Shown here: positions 16,721 through 25,999 of the stretch, piece by piece | How positions within the stretch are numbered: the first letter of the stretch is position 1 | How the letters are laid out: each line of letters opens with the position of its first letter | DNA from: a virus | Strand: one strand, 5' to 3' | Length of the DNA stretch: 33,519 bases | IMG/VR virus record: IMGVR_UViG_3300045988_174234 | Made by a program: the position numbers and the translations under genes | Notes under the pieces: model-generated | Seen by the model: the letters and a program-made list of their open reading frames with translations, nothing else | The model's database searches: none | What the model was told of the DNA's origin: nothing

Positions 16721-17129
16721 AACGAAAAACATATCGACGGGCAAAATCGCGCTCGAAGATATGCCCGACGCATTGACGGAAATTTTGACGGACTTTCAAC
16801 GCTCGTCGTTCGACGTAAGACAAAACGCCGTACAAGCGGGCGCGGAAGTTTTCAAATCAGCCGTTGAACAAGCAACCCCGCGCGATACGGGCGGAATGGC
16901 GGACTCTTGGGAAATCAAAACAAAATACAAAGATCGCCGATACGTCGGCAACACAAAGACGGTAAACGGCGGCGGTAAAGAAAATATACCGCTTTCAAAC
17001 GTGTTGGAATACGCCGAAAAATCGCCGCACGCGGGCTTTATTCGTCGGTGCTTTGATAGTACCGAGCCGCAAGTCTTTGACGCAATCAAAAAAACTATCC
17101 AAAACGGAGGATCTAACAATGGCAAATAA
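16713..17129 (+). CDS. HK97 gp10-family tail component
   Basis: ATG at 16713. Contains ATPRDTGGMADSWE, typical of the gp10 family. Confidence 0.6.
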   Translation: MAKTKNISTGKIALEDMPDALTEILTDFQRSSFDVRQNAVQAGAEVFKSAVEQATPRDTGGMADSWEIKTKYKDRRYVGNTKTVNGGGKENIPLSNVLEYAEKSPHAGFIRRCFDSTEPQVFDAIKKTIQNGGSNNGK

Positions 17130-17733
17130 AAAAACTCTTGTACGTTTCAACGTGCAAAACGTGAAGTACGCAGTACCCACCGCGCAAGGCTCTTTCGGGG
17201 CGTTTCAAGATATGGGAACGTCAATGAAACTTGCGCTTGAAAACGACTCGTCCGTAAAGAAGATTTACGGCGACGGACGCCGTATCGTCCATATCGTAAA
17301 CGAAAAAGGAAAGACGGCGACGCTTACTCAAAACAACGTTTGCGACGCGTACGAAGTCGCAATGGGTCGCAAAATCAAGACGAAACAAGGGCTTGCAGAT
17401 ATTAAGCAAGTCAAAAATATTTCGCACGTTATTTACTTTGAAACGTGCGGCATTGACGAGGACGGCGCAACCGTGCTTGCAAAAACTATGCTTTACGGCG
17501 TAACGTCCACCCGCCCCGCCGAGTCTTTCGACCAAACTACCGACGATATTAACGAGTCGTCTTTCGACACCGCACTCGAAATCGGCGGTACTCCGCTTTT
17601 GGCGGCAAACGGTCAAAAGTATCTCGACGACAAGGGAAACAAAGTTATTGTTTGGCAAATGACCGTTACCCCCGACGATACCGATTTCGATACGTTCGGC
17701 GAAGAAGTCGTTTTGCCGACTATGGCGGAATAA
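17119..17733 (+). CDS. Major tail protein
   Basis: ATG at 17119 (MANKKTLVRFNVQNVKYAV...). About 200 aa, located just upstream of the chaperone and tape measure genes. Confidence 0.65.
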   Translation: MANKKTLVRFNVQNVKYAVPTAQGSFGAFQDMGTSMKLALENDSSVKKIYGDGRRIVHIVNEKGKTATLTQNNVCDAYEVAMGRKIKTKQGLADIKQVKNISHVIYFETCGIDEDGATVLAKTMLYGVTSTRPAESFDQTTDDINESSFDTALEIGGTPLLAANGQKYLDDKGNKVIVWQMTVTPDDTDFDTFGEEVVLPTMAE

Positions 17734-17753
17734 AAGCGCGGAGGGCTTGAAAA

Positions 17754-18149
17754 GTGATAAAAACGAAATTACCCTTACTTGAAAAAGAAATTGACGGCGA
17801 CGGAAAACTCGTCGTCAATAAAAGCGAAATTGAAATCGGTATTGATACGTCGTTGTTTGCCGAGGAACGTTGGGAGTCTAACTTTCCCGCGCAAGCAAAA
17901 ACGGAAACACTCTTTGCCTACGTTGAACGTATCGGCAAAGCGGGGCTTGCCGATAGCAAAGCGCACATTTTGTCAAATCTAAAAGCCCTCTATTGCTTTA
18001 TAGACAGCGACAAACTCCCCGATTACAAGTCGTTTTTGAAGTTGTTTGATTTGGCGGACGGCGAGTATCTTACCGCCCTTACCGACAAAATTAAATACGT
18101 TTTTGAAATTGCACTTCAAGGGGCAACGGCAAACTCAAAAAACTTGTAA
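17754..18149 (+). CDS. Tail assembly chaperone (G-like)
   Basis: GTG start after gcggaggg. Ends ...tca aaa aac ttg taa. Located immediately upstream of the tape measure gene. Confidence 0.7.
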   Translation: MIKTKLPLLEKEIDGDGKLVVNKSEIEIGIDTSLFAEERWESNFPAQAKTETLFAYVERIGKAGLADSKAHILSNLKALYCFIDSDKLPDYKSFLKLFDLADGEYLTALTDKIKYVFEIALQGATANSKNL

Positions 18150-18481
18150 CGCACGGCGAGGAATTTATGCGGTTGTTGGCGATTTACAAACGGCTTGAAC
18201 CGTCCGCCGACAACCAAAATAAAACCCTACCCGTGCCGCGATACATAACGATAATGCAAAAGTGCGTCGAACACAAAATACAAGACGTGTTTATACGCAA
18301 CTCACATTTTAACGACCTTTACGTTTTGATTATGTCGATTGATATTGCGAACTTAAAGCAAATGATCCGACAAATGCGGGCGGCGAAGGCAAAAGAAACA
18401 AATACTACCGTGCGCGACGTATCACAAAGCGACGCGGTCAAATTCTTAAAAGGAGGCTCGGCAAATGGCGGAAAGTATTAG
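17754..18481 (+). CDS. Tail assembly chaperone GT-like -1 frameshift product
   Basis: Slippery heptamer A_AAA_AAC at 18137-18143 in the zero frame. The -1 frame is open from 18107 to 18481 and overlaps the tape measure start. Confidence 0.6.
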
Positions 18482-20636
18482 AGGCTTAACCGTTGAAATC
18501 AGCGCGGACGCGTCGTCTTTCAACAAAGAAATGTCGTCTATGCGGAAAGCGGCGCAACAGTCGCAAACCGAATTAAACGCATTGCAAAAGAGCCTCGAAC
18601 TCGAATTTGACTCGGATAAATTCGCCCGCGCGCAAAAGGTGGCACAAAACGCGATAGACCAAACGGCGGCAAATGCGGACGCATTGCGTCGCCGTTTAGA
18701 CTATTTGGAAAACGCGGGAAATATTGACACCGATCAATATCGCAAACTTAAAGCGGAACTCGCGAAAACCGAACTACAAGCGCAACAACTCGAAAAACAA
18801 CTTGAAAAAATCAATCAAATCAAGTTTGACGCGATTTCGTCGCGCGTAACAAAAGTCGGCGACGCTATATCGAACGTCGGAAAAACCCTTGCTCCGTTTT
18901 CGGCGGCGGCACTTGCCGCGGGAACGGCGGCGGCAACACTCGGCATAAAAACAGCGGCTACGGGAGCGGAACTTGACGATTTGTCTTTGCGGCTCGGTAT
19001 TTCCGCCGAAAAAATACAAGAATATCAATACGTTACGGCGCAAGCGGGCGTTGAGTGGGATACGTTCGAGAAGGCACTCATAAAAGCCCGTGCGGCGATT
19101 GTCGATTTATCGGCGGGAACAATCAACAACGCGTCAAAAGCCTTGCAATCGCTCGGCTTACGCGTGGAAGATTTCGACAGCAAAGAGGCAATGTTTGACG
19201 GCAATATCGACGCTCTTTCAAATATGGAAGATAAAACGTTGCAAACGGCTTACGCAAACGAAATTTTCGGCGATAACATCGCAAATCAAATGTTGCCGTA
19301 CCTTAACGCGGGAACGGACGCGATCAATCAATTTAAGTCGGAATTTGAAACAATCGGCGCGCTTTCAAACGAACAAGTCGCCGCTCTTGCAAAACTTGAC
19401 GACACGATCTATTTGTTGAAAGAGTCCTTAAAAAACGTATGCTTGCAAATCGGTGCGTCTTTCGCCCCGCTATTGCAACGCGTTGCCGAAATAATCAATA
19501 CGTCGCTTATTCCGAAATTGCAAAAACTCGCCGAATGGTTTAACTCCCTTACGATAGAACAACAAGCGTTTGCGGCAAAAGTGTTGCTCGTGGTGGCGGC
19601 ACTTGCCCCACTTGCGCTCGGTATCGGTAAAGTGGTATCGGCTATCGGCGGTATTATAAAACTTATCCCCGCATTACAAGCGGGTTTGTCCGCGCTTGCG
19701 GCTAACCCGATTATACTCATTATCGCGGTTATTGCGGCAATTTTATTGTTGCTTTACACGCGGTGCGAGGCGTTCCGCGACTCGATAAACAACCTTGTAT
19801 CCACACTCGGCGAGGCATTGCAACCCGCGCTCGACGCAGTAATGCAAGTGCTTGATTTGGTAATGCAAGTTTTGCAACCGATAATCGACCTTGTCGGCGG
19901 CGTGCTTGCGGTGGCGATAAACATTATATCCGAGGCGTTGCAACCCGTTATCGGCATTATACAAGCGATATTCGATATTATTTCGCCGTTGCTTGATATG
20001 CTTATGTCGGTTGTTGAAATGATATTGACGCCGATACAAGTTGCAATACAAGCGTTATTCGGCATTTTACAACCGCTTTTGTCGGTTGCCCTTATCCCCT
20101 TAAAAGTCGTTTTACAAGCCTTGCAAGTACCTTTGCAAATGCTCGGAACGTTGCTCGGTTGGCTTGCTCCGATATTTAAGATTTTCGGCAACGTCGTTAC
20201 AAAGATTTTTAGCGGCGTTGTAAAGATTATCAATATCGTTGTAGGTGTTGTCGAGGACGCAGTAAACTTCGTTATCGGCATAATTAACAAACTTATTGAC
20301 GGCGTCAATTCGTCTTTGGGTTGGCTCGGTGTGCATATCGACCGTATCGCGGAAGTAAAACTCCGCATTGATACGTCGGAAATCAAGGATATGGACGACG
20401 TCAACGCTATTATTGACAGTACCGCCCCGACGCAACCGAAAGACAACGGCGGCAACGGCGGCACGGTTTACGACAACGGCAACAGCACGGGAACGTCGGG
20501 CGATATTTACAACTACGACAACAGCACGAAAAACACAACGCAAAATATCACGGTTACGATACAAAACTACGCGGCGGAAGTTGATACCGATAAACTTGTC
20601 CGCGAAATCAATATGAAACTTGCGGAGGCTATGTAA
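18465..20636 (+). CDS. Tape measure protein
   Basis: 723 aa. Coiled-coil N terminus, long hydrophobic/helical repeat region, and matching position in the tail module. Confidence 0.85.
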   Translation: MAESIRGLTVEISADASSFNKEMSSMRKAAQQSQTELNALQKSLELEFDSDKFARAQKVAQNAIDQTAANADALRRRLDYLENAGNIDTDQYRKLKAELAKTELQAQQLEKQLEKINQIKFDAISSRVTKVGDAISNVGKTLAPFSAAALAAGTAAATLGIKTAATGAELDDLSLRLGISAEKIQEYQYVTAQAGVEWDTFEKALIKARAAIVDLSAGTINNASKALQSLGLRVEDFDSKEAMFDGNIDALSNMEDKTLQTAYANEIFGDNIANQMLPYLNAGTDAINQFKSEFETIGALSNEQVAALAKLDDTIYLLKESLKNVCLQIGASFAPLLQRVAEIINTSLIPKLQKLAEWFNSLTIEQQAFAAKVLLVVAALAPLALGIGKVVSAIGGIIKLIPALQAGLSALAANPIILIIAVIAAILLLLYTRCEAFRDSINNLVSTLGEALQPALDAVMQVLDLVMQVLQPIIDLVGGVLAVAINIISEALQPVIGIIQAIFDIISPLLDMLMSVVEMILTPIQVAIQALFGILQPLLSVALIPLKVVLQALQVPLQMLGTLLGWLAPIFKIFGNVVTKIFSGVVKIINIVVGVVEDAVNFVIGIINKLIDGVNSSLGWLGVHIDRIAEVKLRIDTSEIKDMDDVNAIIDSTAPTQPKDNGGNGGTVYDNGNSTGTSGDIYNYDNSTKNTTQNITVTIQNYAAEVDTDKLVREINMKLAEAM

Positions 20637-21487
20637 TGAGGCGGTTTATTCTACACACCTACGACAAATCAAATTCGTTTGACTTGAACGGCGAAACCGC
20701 GCTTGCCGCCGAACCGCAAGGACTCGGCAACAACTTTTCGTTGTCTTACAAGGAAAGCGAAAAAGGCAAACACCTTACAAACGTTACGCCCGAATTTGAC
20801 CCGATAACTCTTTCGATTTATTTCAATGCGGACGGATCGAACGGATACAGCAATTACAAAGCATTACTTCGATTTCTTGCGGAGTGCGGCACGTCGATAT
20901 TTTTGTTTGAGTATGACGACGGCATTACCGATAAATATTGCGACGTTGTTTTGAAAAGTGCGCCGAAATCGGAAATAAACGAAGAAGGTTTATTTGTCGA
21001 AACGTTTTCTTTTGAACGTCAAACATATTGGTATGAACGCGTCGAGGAGTCTTTTGCTTTGAAATCGACCCGCGCCGAAGATACAAAATTCCCGCTCGGT
21101 TTTCCGTTCGGATTTGCGGGGCGCGTGTTTAAGTCAAAGTACAAAATCACAAACTCGTTTTTTGTTGACGCACCTATCACAATACGCATTACGGGCGCGA
21201 TAGCGAACAATATACGTCTTTACTTACAATCTCTTGACGGTAAGACAATCGAAGAAATCGCGCTTTCCACAAACAACGCCGACGGCACGGAAATTTTAAT
21301 CGAGCCGACGACAAAAAAAATCACGGTTACGACGGACGGTGTATCGACAAACGGTTACGGTTTGACCGACAAAACGAAACAATCGTTTTTGTACTTGCCG
21401 CAAGGCGAATATTTTATCGGCGCAAATATGACCGCGGACGACGACGGCGCAATCGAAGTATCAATCAAACGTTATTTATTCGACTAA
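20636..21487 (+). CDS. Distal tail protein (Dit-like)
   Basis: 283-aa ORF directly after the tape measure gene (atgtaATGa coupling). Confidence 0.6.
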   Translation: MRRFILHTYDKSNSFDLNGETALAAEPQGLGNNFSLSYKESEKGKHLTNVTPEFDPITLSIYFNADGSNGYSNYKALLRFLAECGTSIFLFEYDDGITDKYCDVVLKSAPKSEINEEGLFVETFSFERQTYWYERVEESFALKSTRAEDTKFPLGFPFGFAGRVFKSKYKITNSFFVDAPITIRITGAIANNIRLYLQSLDGKTIEEIALSTNNADGTEILIEPTTKKITVTTDGVSTNGYGLTDKTKQSFLYLPQGEYFIGANMTADDDGAIEVSIKRYLFD

Positions 21488-21502
21488 AAGGAGGCGGCGG
21501 GC

Positions 21503-22681
21503 GTGTATATCGCAATATACGACGAAAACAAAAAGCATATTACGAACGTTGACAACGCGACGTACGATTTAACGACCCGCGTTTACGACAACGACTCGTT
21601 TTCCGCCGAGGGCGTTTGCGACGTTGATATAAACGACGCAAAAATCGCCGTACTTAACGACGACCGCGGAAATTACGAGTACGCTTGCTTTGCCGACGAA
21701 ATAAAGCCCGAATACAATAAACGCACCGTCAAAGGGCTTGACTTCAAAACCCTTTGGGATACCGAAATATTACTCGACTACACCGCCGACGGCAGTTTTG
21801 ACGGGCGGTTGTCGGCTATCTTTACAAAGGTAAAAACGCAAGTCTTTGACGGCAAAGATACGGCAGTAAATAAAATCCCCGTTGTTGTCAATATCCCGAC
21901 CGATAACACCGACACGACGACAACGTACGGCAGTTATGCGGGTACATATCAATTTGTCAATGCGTACAAATTCTTGAAATGTTACTTGAAATACTACGAG
22001 TACAATATCGAAAGTTACTACGACGTCGCGTCGGGAAAAATTGTCTTTACGTTCGTTAAGTGTACGGACGCCGTAAGCGTCGATTTACGCGACTTTATCC
22101 ACGAACTAACCACGACTTCGACAACGACAAACAAAACGGTTGCAACTATCAAATACAACGTCGAAACGCCCGAAACGGACGCGGACGGCAATATCATTTA
22201 TACCACAACGCAAAAGACGGACGCAAACGGCGATCCCGTTACCGATAAAGACGGAAACCCCGTTTATATCCCGAAATATCAGCCCCGCCCCTCCACTATT
22301 GCAACCGTCTATTATTACCGCGATAAAAACAACAACATTGTACAATCGAACGAAAACGGGAATATCGACGGGCGGCTCTACCCCGTAAAGGCAAAGTATT
22401 ATGAGTCGGAATATTTAGCGGACGCACAGTTTAACGCGGTTTACGAACTCGCTAACGCGCGATACGTTGATAATATCATTATCGACAACAACAAAACGAT
22501 TGACCCGATAGACTTTTCGGGTTACCGACTTTATACGAAGGTTGCCCTTTATTACGACGGTAAGTTATTTAAGACGTTGCCCATAAGCGAGAAAATAATC
22601 ACGCTCGACGGCGACGGCAAAAATACAAAAATCAAACTCGGTTTTAAGAAAATACTTTTGACCGAAGTTATCAAAAATTAG
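21503..22681 (+). CDS. Tail-associated (Tal/Gp37-like) baseplate protein
   Basis: GTG start 8 nt after aaaggagg. 392 aa. Call rests on synteny after Dit. Confidence 0.45.
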   Translation: MYIAIYDENKKHITNVDNATYDLTTRVYDNDSFSAEGVCDVDINDAKIAVLNDDRGNYEYACFADEIKPEYNKRTVKGLDFKTLWDTEILLDYTADGSFDGRLSAIFTKVKTQVFDGKDTAVNKIPVVVNIPTDNTDTTTTYGSYAGTYQFVNAYKFLKCYLKYYEYNIESYYDVASGKIVFTFVKCTDAVSVDLRDFIHELTTTSTTTNKTVATIKYNVETPETDADGNIIYTTTQKTDANGDPVTDKDGNPVYIPKYQPRPSTIATVYYYRDKNNNIVQSNENGNIDGRLYPVKAKYYESEYLADAQFNAVYELANARYVDNIIIDNNKTIDPIDFSGYRLYTKVALYYDGKLFKTLPISEKIITLDGDGKNTKIKLGFKKILLTEVIKN

Positions 22682-22691
22682 GAGGTCAGCA

Positions 22692-23843
22692 ATGATAAAA
22701 CCCGTAACGTTTCAAGGTTGTTTTAATTTCAACGCGAATTTGTACGCGCTTGAAGTACGCTCGCGTTTTATAGACCAAAGCAAAGCAAACGGATATTACA
22801 AGGGTTACGGCAACGAACTTGCCGCGCAAATCGTCGGTCAAAAAATACAAATCGGCACGGGCGCGTTTTTGGTGCAAGGTCGTATGTGCGAAATCACGGC
22901 GGCGGAATTAGTCGCCCCGCAAATTTTTGACGGCTTTGTCGGTTACGTTGTGGCGCGTATCGAAACGTACCACCCGTCGGACGACGCAAATTGTAGTCTT
23001 TTAGCGGTTGTCAATCGTACTTACGAGGCGATAACGCTCGAACAAAACGACACCTACGCGGCGACCGCAGACAATGTCAACACGGCTTACGAACTCCCGT
23101 TGTATTCGTTTGAAATTTCGGGTACGTCGATCGTCAATCTTAAAAAGTTGATAAACCCCGTTGCCGACTATGCAACGATTAAAACAATCGTTGACGAGAC
23201 ACTCGAAAAAGCCGCAAGCGCAGTCGCGGCGGCAAACACCGCTATTTCAGCGGCAAATGCGGCAAACACAAAGTCCGACGACGCAGTCGCAAAGGCAACG
23301 GACGCAGTATCGAAAGCAACAAACGCCGTCAGCGCGGCAAACGCCGCGAATACAAAATCCGATAATGCAGTCGAAACAGCGAACGGCGCAAAGACCACCG
23401 CCGAAACGGTCAAAAGTATTGCCGAAAGCGCGGACGCAAAAGCGGGAAACGCCGAAACGGTGGCGGCGGGTGCGGTTACTACGGCGAACGGCGCAAAAAC
23501 CAAAGCCGAGGACGCCGTCAGCAAAGCGGAAACGGCAATCGAAACCGCAAACGGCGCGGATACAAAAGCGGATAGCGCAACCGAAGTTGCAAGTGCGGCA
23601 AACACAAAGTCCGACAATGCGGTATCAGCCGCGAACGAGGCAAAACAAACCGCAAGCGACGCGGCAAACCTTGCAAGTACCACAAAAACGCAAGTCGAGC
23701 AAAAAGTAAATGACCTCGAACAGCAAATCGGAACGAAACAAGGTACAACCGTTACACTTAACGGAACACCGCAAGCAACTTTCGAGGGCGGCGGATTGAT
23801 CGACGAAAACGATACAATCATTTTCAGCGGCGGCGAGGCATAG
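22692..23843 (+). CDS. Tail fibre/baseplate protein with Ala-rich coiled-coil stalk
   Basis: 383 aa. Central degenerate repeats of the form (A)ANTKSD(D/N)AV...ANGAKT.AE. Confidence 0.6.
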   Translation: MIKPVTFQGCFNFNANLYALEVRSRFIDQSKANGYYKGYGNELAAQIVGQKIQIGTGAFLVQGRMCEITAAELVAPQIFDGFVGYVVARIETYHPSDDANCSLLAVVNRTYEAITLEQNDTYAATADNVNTAYELPLYSFEISGTSIVNLKKLINPVADYATIKTIVDETLEKAASAVAAANTAISAANAANTKSDDAVAKATDAVSKATNAVSAANAANTKSDNAVETANGAKTTAETVKSIAESADAKAGNAETVAAGAVTTANGAKTKAEDAVSKAETAIETANGADTKADSATEVASAANTKSDNAVSAANEAKQTASDAANLASTTKTQVEQKVNDLEQQIGTKQGTTVTLNGTPQATFEGGGLIDENDTIIFSGGEA

Positions 23844-23857
23844 AAGGAGGGCTTGCA

Positions 23858-24484
23858 ATGAAACTTACCTTTTGCGGCAAATCCCCGCAACAACGATTTT
23901 TCCGAATTGGAGTTGTCGGTAATAACCTTGCCGACGATTTGACAATGATAATCGACAAGAAACAAGGCAATTTGAACCTTGCCGAATTTATGCCGTTTAT
24001 TAAGATTGTCAACCGCGATTTTACGTTCGTCGATAAAACGCGACATTTTATTTTCGACGTCGATACCGACCCCGAAAAGGTAAGACTCATTTATGTTTTT
24101 CCGAAAAAGGTTACAAGGCAACGCAACGTCGATATGCAAGTGCTTTTCCAAAAGGCGGAAAACGACGATACGATAATTTGGCAAACGGAAATTTTTAACG
24201 CGACTTTCGATTTAGAAATTCCCGCCGACGAGGTTATTTCCAAAGAATACCCCGACGAGTTGCAAGACCTTGACGACCGCGTTACCGCGCTTGAACAAAA
24301 GGACGGCGGCGTTACCGAATGTATCGACCGCGCCCATTTCCCCGACGTCGGAGTCGGCGGTGTAATCTATATCGACGCGGAAACAAACACGCCGTACCGC
24401 TACGATACGGCAACAAACAATTACGTTATTATCGGGCTTGATCCCGACGATATAACAATTATCAATGCTAACGGAGGTAATTAA
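23858..24484 (+). CDS. Hypothetical tail-fibre-locus protein
   Basis: 208-aa ORF with SD gaaggaggg. Confidence 0.55.
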   Translation: MKLTFCGKSPQQRFFRIGVVGNNLADDLTMIIDKKQGNLNLAEFMPFIKIVNRDFTFVDKTRHFIFDVDTDPEKVRLIYVFPKKVTRQRNVDMQVLFQKAENDDTIIWQTEIFNATFDLEIPADEVISKEYPDELQDLDDRVTALEQKDGGVTECIDRAHFPDVGVGGVIYIDAETNTPYRYDTATNNYVIIGLDPDDITIINANGGN

Positions 24485-24485
24485 A

Positions 24486-25667
24486 ATGGCAAGCAAAACA
24501 CTCAACGTAACGTTGATTATGCGCAACGACACGGCGGCAAATTGGGCGAGCAAAAACCCCGTTTTGACGCTCGGCGAACTTGGCGTCGAAACCGATACTC
24601 GCAAATTTAAGATCGGCGACGGCACTACCGCATACAACTCGTTGAAATACGGACTCGGCGGAAACGTCGAAGTCAAAAGCACCGCCCCCACCGCGAGCGA
24701 CGTCGGCTACGACATTGGCACGCTTTGGGTTGACACGACGGGTACGAAGGCTTATATCCTTTTTGCAAAAACCGCAAATGCGGCAACGTGGATCGGGCTT
24801 TTGGACTCGCAAGGAAAAATCGACAAAGCAACACTCGCCGACGAGGCAATTAAACTCCAAACCGCAAGGACGATTAAGTTTTCGGGAGCGGTCGTCGCAA
24901 ACTCTAAAACGTTTGACGGTAGCGGCGACGTCGAATACGTCCTCGTGCTTGCAAATAGCGGCGTATCGGCGGGAACTTATACCAAAGTTACCGTAAACGC
25001 AAAAGGTATTATCACAAGCGCAACGCAACTTACGGCGGCGGATATTCCCACTCTTACCCTTTCCAAAATTTCGGACGCGGGAACGGCGGCAAGTAAGAAT
25101 ACGGGAACGGCGGCGGGCAATGTACCCGTGCTTGACGCAAACGCAAAAATCGCGGTCGCCCTTATCCCCTCGCTTACCCTTTCAAAGATTAGCGACGCGG
25201 GAACGGCGGCGGGTAAAAACGTCGGTACGGCGGCGGGCAACGTTCCCGTGCTTGGTAGCGACGGAAAACTCGACGAAAGTTTGCTCCCCGCAATCGCGAT
25301 TACCGAAACTTTTGTCGTTGACAGTCAAGCCGCAATGCTCGCGCTTTCCGCGCAACGCGGCGACGTGGCAGTCCGCACGGACGAAAACAAGTCTTACATA
25401 CTTAACGCCGATAATCCGACCGTGCTTGCAAATTGGGTTTGGTTGCGCACTCCCGATTGTAAGGTGCTTTCGGTAAACAGTAAAACGGGCGCGGTTGTGC
25501 TTACTACGAGCGATATTGCGGAAGGTGCAAACCTTTACTTTACCGAGGCGCGCGCTACCGCAAACTTCAACTCGAATTTCAAAAACAAAAGCGTAACCGA
25601 ATTGAAAGACGGCGGAAACGTTGTACTTTCAACCGATACGTTGACGATTAACGGCGGTAAGGCGTAA
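24486..25667 (+). CDS. Tail fibre protein with Mtd-N-like N-terminal domain and 40-aa tandem repeat
   Basis: ATG at 24486. N-terminal NVTLIMRNDTAANWASKNPVLTLGELGVETDTRKFKIGDGTTAYNSL. Internal duplicated IP(T/S)LTLSKISDAGTAA.KN.GTAAGNVPVL. Confidence 0.7.
   Translation: MASKTLNVTLIMRNDTAANWASKNPVLTLGELGVETDTRKFKIGDGTTAYNSLKYGLGGNVEVKSTAPTASDVGYDIGTLWVDTTGTKAYILFAKTANAATWIGLLDSQGKIDKATLADEAIKLQTARTIKFSGAVVANSKTFDGSGDVEYVLVLANSGVSAGTYTKVTVNAKGIITSATQLTAADIPTLTLSKISDAGTAASKNTGTAAGNVPVLDANAKIAVALIPSLTLSKISDAGTAAGKNVGTAAGNVPVLGSDGKLDESLLPAIAITETFVVDSQAAMLALSAQRGDVAVRTDENKSYILNADNPTVLANWVWLRTPDCKVLSVNSKTGAVVLTTSDIAEGANLYFTEARATANFNSNFKNKSVTELKDGGNVVLSTDTLTINGGKA
25044..25283 (+). repeat. Two tandem 120-nt (40-codon) repeats inside the fibre gene
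   Basis: Unit 1 at 25044-25163 and unit 2 at 25164-25283 share ...cttaccctttc.aa.att.gcgacgcgggaacggcggc...ggcggcgggcaa.gt.cccgtgcttg... Confidence 0.8.
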
Positions 25668-25678
25668 AGGAGGTCAAA

Positions 25679-25996
25679 ATGGCAACGCGGAATATAACCG
25701 TAACACTCAAAGTTAGACAAGACACCGCGGCAAATTGGGCGAGTAAAAACTCGGTACTTTCCGCGGGCGAATTTGGCTACGATACCACAAACAAGGTTTT
25801 GAAAATCGGCGACGGTACGACCGCTTGGGCAAACCTTGTTGCACTCAAAACCGAGGGCGGCGGCGCGTCAATCGCAATTTATGCCGCAACGGCGGCGGAG
25901 TCGGAAAAAGCCGTCGGATATACGCGCGGCGGCGAAATTGACGCCGAATTTAAGAAAATTAAAACGCGGCTTGCCGCACTCGAAGGAGGTAATTAA
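25679..25996 (+). CDS. Small Mtd-N-like domain protein (paralog of the N terminus of 24486-25667)
   Basis: NITVTLKVRQDTAANWASKNSVLSAGEFGYDTTNKVLKIGDGTTAWANL. Shares a 24-nt block, gcggcaaattgggcgag(c/t)aaaaac, with the upstream gene. Confidence 0.7.
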   Translation: MATRNITVTLKVRQDTAANWASKNSVLSAGEFGYDTTNKVLKIGDGTTAWANLVALKTEGGGASIAIYAATAAESEKAVGYTRGGEIDAEFKKIKTRLAALEGGN

Positions 25997-25999
25997 ACT

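Noticed and set aside
19754-20464. 236-aa minus-strand ORF
   Set aside because: It is antisense to the tape measure gene's repetitive helical region. There is no start context.
23168-24184. 338-aa minus-strand ORF rich in Ala/Phe/Val/Ser
   Set aside because: It is antisense to the Ala-rich (GCN repeat) fibre stalk. Open reverse frames are expected there. It has no SD and no independent support.
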